Assembly: GCA_024704765.1 (NCBI GenBank)
Contig: JAKMXF010000188.1
Span: 605,715-669,714 of the forward strand
Source of the DNA: Oopsacas minuta
Taxonomy: Eukaryota > Animalia > Porifera
Length of the DNA: 64,000 nucleotides
Direction: 5' to 3'
The stretch's first letter is position 1, and each line of letters opens with the position of its first letter. The position numbers were made by a program, and so were the translations under genes. Shown here one piece after another: positions 9,926-22,635 of the stretch. Under the pieces are notes generated by a model. That model was not told where the DNA came from and did not search any database. It worked only from the letters and a program-made list of their open reading frames with translations.

Positions 9926-12040
9926 AGTTTGCAGAAATCCATCCCCCGTTGCAAAATCGGTCCGGGGGGATCGATTTCTGCAAATAACTCAATGCAGAAA
10001 TCTATCCCCCCTTATATGTATTGTTTGTAAGTTTCAGGAGTGATTATATAATTGTTTTAGATTAATAAGCATGACTATCATTATACACTTAGCTGAAATA
10101 CTTCCTTCCATTAACAACAATATATTTATTATGTAATATATGTTACTACGTAAACAGTCAAATTACGTACTTTCGCAGGCTAATTATAGCCTCAGAGAAA
10201 GTCTAAGAGCAATACTTACAATTTTCGAAAAGTTTTATATTATTTCACATAAATGGATCTAAATGAGTATGTTGTTATTGAAGATTCCTTGAATCTGCGA
10301 AGGTATCCGCTCAATTCAACCAAAAATATCAAAAGAGGATTTTTAATTTTCTACTCTTTGGGGTAATAAAAAGTACAAATTATTCAATAAAAGTTCTACT
10401 CCCAGTGATACAACAACTATTAACTATTTCAAATGCTCCAAACCGTTCTGGAATGCAAATCCTGGATGTGGGAACTGAATCATTTTCGTCATTACAATCA
10501 CTAGAAGATATCTGCGTTGAATGAGGTGGGGAATACAGCGGAGTAAAGCTTGTCAACACTTGTCCCTTTGATAACATCATCACTATCCTAAGTATCCATC
10601 TGAAAACTATCTTGACTTCATTTGAGTTAGACTGCACTTCCGTTTCAGAAGATTTGGAAACGACTATGATTAAGGCTCGAAGTTTCAACCAATTAAGATG
10701 TTGGTTTGCACCTATACTAAATATCAAACTAGTTGATTCTCGTTACGATTTTATTGGGTACTAGAGATGTGTAACAAAACTATTGAAAGATCTACACTTG
10801 TGTTGTAATTTTTACCAAATTGAATTCCAGTGCTGGAGCTGTTCTTGTTGTTTTTCTGAAAGGAAAATTGACATATCTTCAATATACAACTTTACAAAAG
10901 GTTATCAGATGAGTATAGACACTCAAATCTCTTTAGCCTATCACTGCCTGAAATGTAGAGATGTTAGTGCAAACATTGAAGATATTTCTCATGTATTTAT
11001 AAGGATACCAACTGTCTTAATTGTTGAAGTTGGACACCTCAATGCGAAGCAACCTATCCAACCAATTCAAATCGATGATATTTTATCCCTAAAGCACAAA
11101 AACTACCGTCTATAATATAGTGTGATTGGCTACACTATCCATGCTAGACTACACTTTAACATGCGGATAACTTATGATGATATATGGTATAGTTATGATG
11201 GAATGGAACATCCTAAGATAGTTAAAACGAACAAATGTAGCGACATAACTTTAGGACTTATTTACTGTATCTTTTGTGTACTAACATCTATATACCCAAT
11301 TAGTTCTCAAATAGGTAGTTAACATCTGTATTATTGATGCTATTGTTTTTGTTCAAATATTTACCAGAACAGTTATTGACTCTTGATACGTAAGTTTTGA
11401 GGCAAATAAGCTAATATTAGTATACAATTACACAAAGATATACTAGTGATATGCAGTAGATACCGGTTATAAGGACATATTTTCATACACCGAGGGTGTT
11501 TTGTAAAGCGCTTTCCACTAGAGATTAATTTCTAATTTGATTAAAGTATACATTTATAAAAATACATAACTCTACCACAATTCTTCGTCTATTCTCCCGT
11601 TCGGATTAGCAAGGGTTATTATATATATATCTTAATAGCTTGAGAAACTTTTTGATTCAAAGTTTACTATTTTGAGTCAAAGTATCAAGTGAGAACCCAA
11701 ACATACATAAACTATAGCTGAACACAGATAAGATAACCTACGGGAAACAAAATTACTATGTATTATCCAAATACAACTATACTATCTATATACGTACAAT
11801 GTTTCTTGATTATCTATATCGTTATTATATTTATACTCATCACGTAATGCTAAGTGTATTATGATAGTCATGCTTATTAATCTAAAACAATTGTATAATC
11901 ACTCCTGAAACCTTACAAACAATACATGTAAGGAGGGATAGATTTCTGCATTGAGATATTTGCCGATATAAAACATTAACCTTATATTCAAGTCTGCTTA
12001 CCCCCTGATCGATTGTGTAGGGGATGGATCTCTGCAAAAC
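9926..12040. mobile_element. Non-autonomous TIR DNA transposon (about 2.1 kb) with about 170–190 bp terminal inverted repeats and a 5-bp TSD (AAAGC), inserted into a copy of element A
   Basis: Left TIR 9926–10093 and right TIR 11849–12040 are reverse complements (termini AGTTTGCAGAAATCCATCCCC / GGGGATGGATCTCTGCAAAAC). The flanking AAAGC at 9921–9925 is duplicated at 12041–12045. The uninterrupted target …ACCAAAGCCCTGTAATT… is seen at 26–45. Confidence 0.65.
10783..11322 (+). pseudogene. USP (peptidase C19)-like C-terminal fragment inside the TIR element; two ORFs with a frameshift
   Basis: YHCLKCRDVSANIEDISHVFIRIPTVLIVEVGHLNAKQ resembles the USP zinc-ribbon and 'P.vL.ihLkRF' segment. KNYRL/IGYTIHARLHF…DDIWYSYDGMEHPKIV resembles the His-box (YdL.aVv.H.G…GHY…WY.fdD..V). 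There is no N-terminal Cys box. Confidence 0.45.
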
Positions 12041-12175
12041 AAAGCCCTGTAATTTGCATTTGTTATAGAATTTGTCCTAAAGTAAAATTAAGTTATGGAA
12101 TTTATCCTACATGTAATCTCTCTATTTTGAAAACTTACATTTTATCTCCGCGAATAAGATACTCATCCTCATCAA
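12040..12175 (+). repeat. Element-A piece (matches 33–170)
   Basis: Direct alignment with a few substitutions. Confidence 0.8.
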
Positions 12176-12739
12176 GCGATCTGTACAATGTTTTACGAAA
12201 GCGATAGTGCACTTAACAATCACAAAGATTAAGATTCCGAAATTTCACTACTAGGGGTAAGCAGACTTGAATATAAGGTTGTATACTCCTGATTTGCATC
12301 AGATTGTACTAGTAATCAAAACAATTTATATAGAATATTGAAATAAAGTAATCTTTCCAACCTTTACTATGCTGACTATAGTATATGTATTCTATTGATC
12401 TCAATGGAATGTTTGCTTTTAGTTCCGTATGCCCTCTATAGATAAACGTTTACTTGATTAAGAGCTAAAAATTGGTCAAAGGGTTCGTTGTGAACTCTAA
12501 ATTTGCACCTTGGTATACTACTTTTGATCTGACACAATATGCCACTTTGTGCCACTTTAATATTTTCACATTGAAATTATACTAGTTTATGTACTATTAA
12601 GTACAAGGAGCAAAATTGCAGTATGAGGTTGTCTACACTATAGGATGGTACTAAAATAAATTTAGCTTAGTATACATTGAGTTTATTATGAAACAATAAT
12701 TATAATTATCAACACATTAGACATAATTTGCGCGTCATT

Positions 12740-13510
12740 AATCACTTTAACTTGAAACGCAAAGAACTTTATAACGATAGCAGCTAGAGAAATACTTACA
12801 TTTGATGAAGTGTAGTAGATATTAGGAGGGACGCATTGGCCACCATAACCATGACGTCACCATAGTGGAGGTGATGATGACAAAGCAATTTTTCAAATTT
12901 TGAGATTTCAAAAATTGGACAAAACTTAAGTGTTTGCACATATTCACAAAAATATTATGCTAAGTAGTCATGACGTCACGGAATACTAAAATGTTAATAA
13001 CTCCTTTTGTAACAGATAGAATAATACTTATAATTAATGGAATGTAGTAGAGGTTGGGCAGCATACATTGGAGAATATAATAATGACGTCATAGTGCCCT
13101 GAGATCTAGCGGAGCCCCTACTTATACCCCTATACGACAATAATACATCTTTTGTGTGAATTGTGTCTATCATTAGCGGATTACGGGAGATCAATAAGTA
13201 CACAATATTGTTCTGTTTTCGGGGTACTCTAAATTTTCCCTTAAACGAATTTGAAAGTCGGTGAGATATTTCAAAAATTTGACCCTGGACCAACTTTAGC
13301 CGACCAAAAGTGGCCCCAGACTAGTTATAGCTGGCAAAAACTGGCCCAAGGGACCTATCTCAACTATAGGGAACATTTTTGGCGACCAAATTTGGTCAGC
13401 TAAATGAGGTCAGGGGGGACCATATAATTTTTGGTTGGCGTGACAATACCAAAACAAGCACAAATAATTAACAATTATCTTAATTATCTATCTGATAAGG
13501 ATCAGTTCGT
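12740..13510 (-). repeat. Inverted duplicate of the flanks of the 547–4620 element: reverse complement of 4621–4790, then a 190-bp unique filler, then reverse complement of 165–560
   Basis: Reverse-complement alignment read from the sequence. It lacks the integrase element, so it represents the empty-site state. Confidence 0.75.
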
Positions 13511-13744
13511 TGGATTGTTTTTCATTTTGCCCCCACCCATCCCATGATTCTCCCCAATGCCTCTAATGGCTGTCATTAAATTAATAAGCATACTAAATTA
13601 TAATTAATATAAGTAAGGGCCGTGTATTTCATGTCAATAGACCTCCTATTAAGAGTACTAGATGCTCTGGGCATAGACTACTTGAATAAAGGACTGTAGG
13701 CTGCCAGACTCATCTTTAATTCCTTATCAAACTAAAATATTTAT

Positions 13745-13870
13745 AAAAATGTCCAGCCGACAGACTGGTAATGCAGCTCAGGGTTATTTGTTTTGTTCTT
13801 TTCAGGGAGGGCACGCCCCCTGACCTCCCATGTATATGCCGCAATGCACCAGAATCCGACTAATTTTAGG
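13745..13870 (-). repeat. Terminal module of repeat family R1 (…CCAGTCTGTCGGCTGGACATTTTT motif)
   Basis: Recurs at 27767–27890 in the same orientation, and inverted at 51061–51100, 52862–52905 and 62188–62226. Confidence 0.6.
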
Positions 13871-14104
13871 TAGACTCATATAAGTGTACCAATGTTCATG
13901 TGAATCGGACTGCTAGATTTCGTATTTTACATATTAACTGCCTATAAAAATAAAAATCCCAAATCACAGTCTATGCGGACTTAAATTTATCAAATTTTTT
14001 AGTGGAGTATTGAAACTATACATTATTTATCAAATATCTATTTTAGCAAAGAGAAAGATAAAATTGAATTTTACTAATCTTATTAGACATTTAATATTGT
14101 CTCG

Positions 14105-14275
14105 AATTCCACGTCACTGTTTACCCCTATTTAACAGGTGAAGCTGATCTTTAGGATAATTTTGAAATGTTCACCAAAATCGTGAAAATATGATTAATCA
14201 TATGATAAATCAAAGGATATATATTTAATAGAGTGTATTGACCAATAGAATTACAGTCTACATGAATACAAATAC
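14105..14275 (+). repeat. R1 family copy
   Basis: About 85% identical to 5095–5235. Confidence 0.6.
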
Positions 14276-14734
14276 ATTACAGTGTTAAAATTCGCATACG
14301 CCTAGATGAAATCCTGGACCAAGGTTTGATCCAAGTTGGCCAACTGCAAAAACGTTAATGCACACCAATGGTAAGCCACTGTATTTATGAAAGGGGGTAA
14401 GAATCGGACGCAACAGGTCAGCTTTATAGAACTTGACTGGGACGTTGAATGTTCCCATTTAGGTTAGACCGTTTGAGTGAACAGGATAAATATATTCCAT
14501 TAGCTTTGTATTATCTGAACCAATAGAATTAACTCTGAATTCAATAGAAATCCTTTAATCCTTGGCTCAGGAAATAATTGGGTATATAGGCATTATATCA
14601 CTTAGGTAACAGTTAGATATATATTTAAAGGAATATTAGAATTACATAATAATCACCTTAGCACGAACACATATTATGAGAATATTGTTAAAGTTTGACG
14701 CCATTTACACCAAGTCATTGATGCAATATGTTTA

Positions 14735-14760
14735 GTTGTGTTGTGTTGTGTTGTATTTTG
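14735..14760. repeat. (TGTTG)n microsatellite
   Basis: Direct observation. Confidence 0.8.
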
Positions 14761-14914
14761 TTTCGTAATGGTTCATGTTGAATTTCTGCTTGCTAGGTGC
14801 TGTTGTTCTACCGCCTAATATAATGATAATACTCTATTTTTAGTTTCCGTAACCTAATTTAGCTCAGTAGATTGTACACATAACTACATAATAAGGAAAG
14901 GCGCAATAAAATCA

Positions 14915-15034
14915 ATGGTCCTACAGCAGATTCTAATTCTGCTTCTGGTATTCAGTCCCACTCTAACCGTCAGCACAGATATTGCTACTCCATTCTGTGT
15001 AGGTTCGCAGTATGAATACTCATATTCTTCTGAG
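14915..15034 (+). CDS. Putative large lipid transfer protein (vitellogenin/apolipophorin/MTP-like), exon 1: ATG plus signal peptide
   Basis: MVLQQILILLLVFSPTLTVSTDIATPFCVGSQYEYSYSSE, then a GTAAGC donor at 15035. The signal peptide followed by a Y-x-Y-x-Y-E-type start is typical of the LLTP N-sheet. Confidence 0.45.
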
Positions 15035-15279
15035 GTAAGCATAAACAGACTATAGATTTCATTGCTATGTAATTATCACACTTTTTACCAAACGTCTCGT
15101 ACGAAAATAAATTGAAATCCAAGATAACAAATGTGTTAAATAGTCTGAATACATATTCAATTACATCCTCATACCTGGAAATTCTTTATTTTAAACCGGC
15201 TAGGTTGGATAAAGTGTGAACAACAGTTGATAATGTACTGTTAATAACATAGTATTAATTGACAGATTGTCATTTACAG

Positions 15280-15545
15280 ATAACGTTGAATCAAGTGGAT
15301 AAATTCAACTTCAATGCAAAAGCTTTCCTCTTCGCATATGGAATGAGTCAGTGTGAAGAGACAGAAGGAGTTCTGATGAGAGTAGATCTATTTGGAGTTC
15401 TTAACTGCACAGCTGTACAAGTTATACTAACTGATGCTAAATTAGTTAGTGTAGAGGCTAAACAACATGGTCATGATATAATTGAACATCAAATGAACTT
15501 AACTCAATGGTTTTCTTTTTATCAGAGACAAGATGGACTTATCAG
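15280..15545 (+). CDS. Putative LLTP exon 2
   Basis: Acceptor CATTTACAG at 15278–15279. Phase-0 continuation ITLNQVDKFNFNAKAFLFAYGMSQCEETEGVLMRVDLFGVLNCTAVQVIL…. Donor AG|GTTTGT at 15546. Confidence 0.45.
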
Positions 15546-15614
15546 GTTTGTAATATTAACTGACATTATAATTACATAAATTAGAATAGTTAGTTCTAAA
15601 TTGAGTTTCTATAG

Positions 15615-15788
15615 CAAGGTACGCTATCCAGAAGAAGAAGAGAGAGCAGTATTGCAGCTTAAGAAAGCAGTGACAAGCTCTTTCTCTCTCAGATTGCATG
15701 AATATGTTAGGAAAAAGGGAACTGACAAATATGGAGGATGGGCATACCGTGTACCTGACTTGGATCACTCAGGGACTCACTCTGCTAG
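15615..15788 (+). CDS. Putative LLTP exon 3
   Basis: Acceptor TTCTATAG at 15613–15614 matches the phase of exon 2 (69-bp intron). The exon encodes …YPEEEERAVLQLKKAVTSSFSLRLHEY…VPDLDHSGTHSAR, then a GTAAGT donor at 15789. Confidence 0.4.
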
Positions 15789-16229
15789 GTAAGTAACCCT
15801 ACAATACTCGTATACGTGTACGACTGTACGTATATTCGAAATGAAAAGCAAGAGCATAGAGAGACAGAGGTAGTGAACCCTCAAGATCACTGAATCATGT
15901 CCATTATGCATATAGTGACTTCTCAAAGCAATCGAATAAATAGTAACTCACTATATTAGCTATATTTTATTGGGTAAATTCTACTGAAACTGTTCATAAC
16001 TATAATCTATCATCTTTCAACTAAATTATCATTAAATGTCCTAATTTCAACTCTCTACACCAAATTAGAGCTGGATCAAAGTGATATTAGTCCCAGTACG
16101 CTTAATAAATCATTATTCACTTATTCATCAATTGCTTTTATACTAGTGAGGCGGATATGTCGACTAAATTACTTTTAACATACGTATTAGTACGTTTTTT
16201 AGTATTTATTATGATGAATGATGAATATA

Positions 16230-16540
16230 ATACAATGGAACTCGTTATTAGCAACTCGTATTTTGCATGAATTTCTGTTGCTAATAGGGTAACATAATCA
16301 ATACAAAATCTATACTTGGAACCTGAAAGTAGGTTGCTAATATGCGAATATAGTCGAAATCCGAGTTTTCTTACTATGTTTTTATGCTCAGAGGTCAAGA
16401 ATGTGGTATTTACATACATTTTCTATCGGTTTATTCTTACTACTGTTTTTTTTACCTAATTTTCCTGCAAAATAGTAAGAAAAACGGTTTCGACTGTATT
16501 GCAATTAACCGAGTTGCTAATAAGCAAACTCTATTGTAGA
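16230..16540. repeat. Repeat family R3 (GTTGCTAATATGCG…; CGGTTTCGACTGTAT…)
   Basis: Related copies at 34700–35170, 47560–47700 (inverted) and 51220–51420. Confidence 0.5.
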
Positions 16541-19500
16541 TGGATTTCATTCGGTTGTCTAGTCGAGATGAAATACTTCCTTAAATCTCTTCTTTAAGTG
16601 ATAAACTATGACAATAAATTTCACTGCCGCCAATGAAGATTTTGCCTGTAGTATGAAAATTCAATAAAGAATATTCTAAATGTACAAAATTGAACTGATC
16701 CGGAAATATTAGATACATTGTACAGGACTCCAAGCCTAGAATAATTTTATGCACATAAAGCCCTAGATCTTATCTTGCGATATAAATATTTATATACAAT
16801 TCGTTTCCATTGGAATACTGTGCAGTTGTTAGTTCTTATAGATATATTCTTGCTGTTCACTTTTTACTAAAATGGGGGCGTCTAAAGTAGATATAGCTTA
16901 GGGCCAGGGCCACAGTATGAGTCTAACCTAGACAAATACAATTATCCCTAGAGAATAGGTATAATTTCTAAGTTACATGAAAGAATTGAGAAAATATAAG
17001 ATTTAGAAATAGGTCTATCATAATTGAAGAGCATAATTGTTAGAGATAATTAGCTGGTACAGTATTGCATTTATTAATTAAAACATTATCGGTCTTAATT
17101 ATATAGTGTTAGATTATTACGCTAATACAATGCTACAGTAATGTCTAATTCTTATCATAACTATTAGAGAAGTACCATATTTTTCACCTTTTCACTGCAT
17201 CTTTATACTGAGTACTAAGTCGATATTAACATGTAATCACTATATTGAATATCAAGATTAACAATATCAAGCAGACAATAATTGAGTAACAACATACCTA
17301 TTCCTTTTGTAGTCATTTCATATGGATCCAACAGACTTACCCACATGACCACTGAATTAATTAAATTTTAAACAGAATGAGAAACCATTGAACTCAAATT
17401 GTTCCTTGTAAGTGAATAATATAAAGATATAATAAATATTGATTAAGTTATGTAAAGTAATATTCAGTGTAACTTCGATTAATCTGACTGGTTGGGACCT
17501 GTCAAAGCGTCCGGATAATCAAGGTCGTTTATACACAGTAAAATAGGACTTGGGGGTCAGGGGGCATGTCCGGATAATCAAGGTTGCACTGTAATTGTTT
17601 CTCATCTCCGCCAATCCCAAATTTTATTCCACGTCAGAAAAAACAAATATTTTATAAGCTGTATATAGCTATCGCAACTAGTGGCGTAGCCAGCCTTGGT
17701 ATAGTGCTGACGCAGAGGTAGCGCAAATACAGTACTTGCCACTGAGATCAACTATATTATAGTAAAGTTTTCTTAATTAGCTTTTCTATCTTGGAGGGAA
17801 GGTCTTATTGGATTAATTAAAACTCACTTAAATTTCTAATGAGGGTAGTGCAGTAACTACCCCCCGCGAGACTGCTATCGGGGGATGGGCAAGGTGTTTT
17901 CACCGGTTTAACAGGAGCATGCTCAGTGGTGGATCTATAAATTTTAGTTGGGTATAACGATCCAACTTGGAAATGGCGTCGTGTGGCTTTGATACCTGGG
18001 GAGAAAATATCCAGGGAAACAGATACAAAGGTTTGGTAAGTATGAGTATGTCATGTTTTAAACGTTTGCCTCTTTTATGAGAAACATTTTTAGTGTGTTA
18101 AATCTAAACTATGAAATCTCCAGAGAACCCCTGAAAGGTTAAAATTATGGAAAAATAAGAACTAGGGCATAGAATAGATTCAATAATGCTTAATTGTTGT
18201 TTTATGATCCTGAAACACAATAGCCCTGCTCCAAATAAATCCCTGAACTCATAGCAGGTATGGTATCTATTTATAATAGAGTAATTGACCATTGACTGAG
18301 GGTAGAATATCGCCCTCCTACATTTCTGGGCATATGCGATTATCCTACGCCTGTGTTCTAGAGTAATCTAAATTTAGTAAAAATTATACTTGTAGATATG
18401 ACGTAAAAGAAGACAGTAAGATGGTTACCTACAGCAAGATACATAATGATTTTGAGAATGATCACACTCGCAGAAAAGACATACATATCATGAAAGAAAC
18501 TGGTATATACATAATCGTATTTCTTGCATAGTTGTCAACTTTGTAAAAATCTATCTGAGATTCGTTTAAGATGAATTGGATTTAACTAGCTATTGTAACG
18601 AAATAAATAGTTAGTAGGATATCTTCCCACCATAATGGCATAATATTGTTCATTTAGTTATGAATCATTGTAAAAATTTCATTACATAATTATCCCTAGA
18701 ATAATTTTAGTGAGAAGGTTAATTTGAAAGTGAGATTATGTTTAAATACTTGAGTCTCACTTTGGATCTGTGAGACAACTATGTTTTGACAAATTTCTCG
18801 TTGTATATTTATGTAGATATCTTCTTGGTCAAAATATATATTAGATAACTGAATTTGGAATAGGTCCCAGCGCCCCTCAATAAACCAAGGGTCCCGATGA
18901 CATGATTTTGACCAAATACAAACTGATTATATTATTATTATTATTAGTCCCGCAGAACTTGAGCTAGGGTATGCATTGTAGTCCATAGTTTATTTTACGA
19001 TAGTCCGACCCGTATTGAACCCATTTCCACTTGATAGCCCTTTGTAAGAAATGGGCATTTCACAATAATGTGTCACATTTGGATGCATTTCAAGTTATTA
19101 AATGCATATAACTCCCTCAGTTTAAACCGAAATGAATTCTTATGTCTATATTCGTAATCAGCCAAAGATTTCACGATTGAGTGGTCTCGAATATGTTTGG
19201 GAATAATTTCCCAAACAACGCAGGAATCTATCAAAATTGCATTTTCAAAATTTGTCCAAACTCTATCGAGTGACCCCTTGTTTGACTCATGTAGGCTAAT
19301 TGAGTCTACTCATATACATATCGACCCTCCAAATGAGCTTTAAACATCATTTTATTAGACCAACCTCCGCGATCACTCAATTCTACTTTGGTCGAACCAT
19401 ATTGGAGCAATAATTACAGTAGAACGTCAGTTATCTAAACATGATGTGACTGAAGGGGGTTCGGATAATTGATATTCTATTACATTATATGCAAGATGTG

Positions 19501-20087
19501 ACTAGATGACTTACAATGTAAATATTACTAGTTCACTTCGCTTGGTCGCGCTGCGCATGGGGCTCGGCACTTCGTGTCTCGCATTGAACAAAGTATAAAA
19601 GTAGCAACATAATCACAATACGTGGGTGATAAATTCATATTTGTAATCAGCATTACCCTATTATAACGGTTGTAAGCAAGTTTCTAGGATTAATTAAAAA
19701 ATTGTTTACTTTATACACCTAAAAAACAACAAACATTCACAATACGTAGTTGAAAATATCATATTCAGATTCAGTGTACTTGATAACCCCTATGTATCTG
19801 TTGAGAGCAAGTCTCTAAGTATATTTCGAGATTCAACTTTTTGTTTACTCTACGTATAATCATAAAAACAACAATAAATATTAACTTGAAAATGCGAAAT
19901 TCGGAATCAACATGTTCGATTATCCTAATGTATTGTTTACTTTTCCTATATCGTTAACAGAAGGATATGTTATTCCCTATAAAATATATACGCAGATCTT
20001 CTTCCCTTATCACTATAATACAAAGTGGACAAACACACAACCCCACAATAATTGAGTTTTAATAATATCGATTGGTCTTTTCACCAG

Positions 20088-20326
20088 GTCACATCAATTC
20101 AATTCAAGTATTGGATAAAGCTGATATAACGAATTCAGCTCAGAAATATCGCTCCAAAGAAGATCCTCCTCCTATAAAAGCTTCTGGAATCGCACACATT
20201 AATCTGATAACTAAAACTAGCTTCGACCCTGCTTCTATCACTGAGCCATCTGGTCTAATTCTAGACAGTATCATAGCTCAGAGAGTGATCAAGGATCCTT
20301 TATCTTACAGCAAAGCTAGTTCAAAG
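20088..20326 (+). CDS. Putative LLTP internal exon
   Basis: Acceptor TTTTCACCAG, donor AAG|GTATAA. Open 80-codon frame. Confidence 0.3.
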
Positions 20327-20536
20327 GTATAACTTAATACAATGATGTAGTATATTATCGTCTATGTTATAAACAAATTTACTCTCCAAGTGCCATACTA
20401 AGAGTTCCTAATTCACCACAACACAATTTGCTATGAAACGCACAGTACACATTTGCACATCATTATTCGAAACCAACAAATTCGTCAATGTTTGTTAAAA
20501 TATCAACAAATTTGACATATTTCTATTTTCATTCAG

Positions 20537-21051
20537 GTTTATTCAAAGCTCTCTCTGACAGAGAACTGCTACCCTAATATCAAAGATACAGATTGTGTTA
20601 AGACAATTAGAGAGATTGTTAACATAATAGAGTTGATGAGAGATGAAGATATTGAGCGGTTAGCAACTAGGTTTCTGTCTTGTCCTCTAACGAGCAGACT
20701 GGAATATGTGTTTGCTATAATTGATGCATTCGGTATGTGTAGCAGGGCCTCCTGTCATGTCGCTCTTGTTACATTCCTTAATACCAGCTGTATCGAGAGA
20801 GAGATGGCAATCAGTATACTACCACACCTCGCTACTTTTAAATTACCATCTCTATTTGCTATTGATATTCTGGACCAGTTAGCATTCCATCCCACCCATT
20901 TTCCAATACAACTACATAACCACACACTCTCTAACATGGCTGTTCTAGCTCTAGGCTCAATGAGTGCTACTCTGAAAGAATCTGATCCTCTGCTCTCTAA
21001 TAAGATAATAAATAAGTTACACAGAATGACACTACCACATGACCATGACAG
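20537..21051 (+). CDS. Putative LLTP helical-domain exon; 3' boundary uncertain
   Basis: Acceptor TTTTCATTCAG at 20535–20536, in phase with the previous exon. It encodes …IERLATRFLSCPLTSRLEYVFAIIDAFGMCSRASCHVALVTFLNTS…, reminiscent of the LLTP alpha-helical domain. Confidence 0.35.
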
Positions 21052-22424
21052 GTTAGATGTTATCATTTGCATATATGAATATAAACATTCGTTAATAATA
21101 ACAATTGCCCCCACCCCCTTTGTAGGAATAGTATCCAAAAATTCTTTGGAATTCTGTGGTTTTTGCTTATAATGGTTTTACATTATACAGTGAAACCCTG
21201 CTAACGCCCACCCTGAAATAGCAGCCATAAATTCGGTCCCAAGGTGACCATAATTCTGAGCTTCCACTGTCGTATATTCTTATACACTATTGCTATTCTA
21301 ATGTGCTACTAAGTATACAATTGACTTCGCTTAATCGGGGAGACCGGTTAATGAATTGGGTACTCTGATTAAAAGCGACCAAAATCTTGAATACATTAGT
21401 CACTTTTATGCGGAGTCAACAATACCCTGCCTGAATAAATGTATTCAGCCACTGGTAAAATTCCCATACAAATACGTAGTACTAATCTCGTCTATCCTTG
21501 AGGGGCAATACAGTAAAACTGTAAGATATAGAGAATATCAATGTCAATCCGATTGTTCAAGTTTTCAAACAAACAACCATGGCTATGGACCACATTTGGA
21601 TTGGTAATTTGCCAACCGGACTAACTTCATTGGCTGATAATTATCTAGGTTAAAAGTCAGCTGACAAATTGAAAACTGCTTACCGTCTGTATCTAAGTTA
21701 AATTAACTAAATTGAGAGTTCACATTGGTTGTTAGCGGTTTGAATTATCTGTTACTGCAATATTTCGGTTTTAAGCTCAAATAACTGCAAAGCTAAACAA
21801 TTAATTGCTTAGAAAATTGTAGCTGTTAATAGCATTTTCACCATCCCCGTATATTAGAGCTAAATTTGTTATTGCAGACGTGATAAAATAGCACTGTTGT
21901 ATGAAATTCATAGTACCATGAGATTTCCCTACCTTAGGGAGCATTAGGAATGTATTTGTTGCAGGCCAAATACGTTTGGCCTAGCTGAAGCATTCTCTAA
22001 TTCTCATGGGTGACTATTTATATACGTATATTTGGGGCTAATTAATCAACAAATGACTTTTCCTTTTAATGTGGGCTTCTCTATCTACCGAACGAAAAGA
22101 AGGAGATTGGCTTGATGAATGTTTAACATACTGTATTACCATCTTGTAAGCCTTGAAAATTTCAAATTTTTAGAGTTCTTGAAATACATTTCAACTTTGT
22201 TATGAATGTCTACATTTCCGTATTCCAATAATATCTATTGTCATTTGCCAAATTGCAGCTTGCATCTCTGGGCTATATTAGGTGATACATTTATTTCTGC
22301 AAAAGGGAGGTAGCCATGGTAACATGACTAATATCCAATTCGGCTGACATTTGAACATAAGGGTTGACTCCCCTGACCGTCGACATTTAATGATCATTCG
22401 ATTAATAGAATTCATTAATTACAG

Positions 22425-22635
22425 ATACAGAAGAGAGAATTCTGTCGACTCTGAAAACAAGCTCTCGAGTAAGAGTACTGGCCTGAGGAGACAATCTAGC
22501 TTGATAGACTCATTGGGTAATGCAGCTAATGAAAATAGTTTCAACTTCCTAAAGAGTTATATAGAGTCAGAACACGCTCCATCTATTCTACGGAGATCTG
22601 CGATTCACTCAATGAGGCAATATGACACCGATGAG
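22425..22635 (+). CDS. Putative LLTP exon; boundaries and phase unresolved
   Basis: Open frame with …PSILRRSAIHSMRQY…, which fits the 'R.aAi.alr' type motif of LLTP helical domains. Its junction phase to the upstream exon could not be made consistent. Confidence 0.25.

Noticed and set aside
10380-10727. 115-aa minus-strand ORF inside the TIR element
   Set aside because: It has no domain similarity, and its low-complexity Ser-rich translation is probably non-coding.
17690-17760. tRNA-like appearance of GTGGCGTAGCCAGCCTTGGTATAGTGC… and related 23460–23600 / 17870–18010 repeats
   Set aside because: There is no cloverleaf-compatible pairing or conserved T-loop/D-loop (GTTCGAAT / TAGCTCAGTTGG-type) elements. 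These are copies of a dispersed repeat.
20755-21138. 127-aa minus-strand ORF
   Set aside because: It lies antisense to the LLTP-like helical-domain exon and has low-complexity, Cys/Ser-rich composition. It is a shadow ORF.
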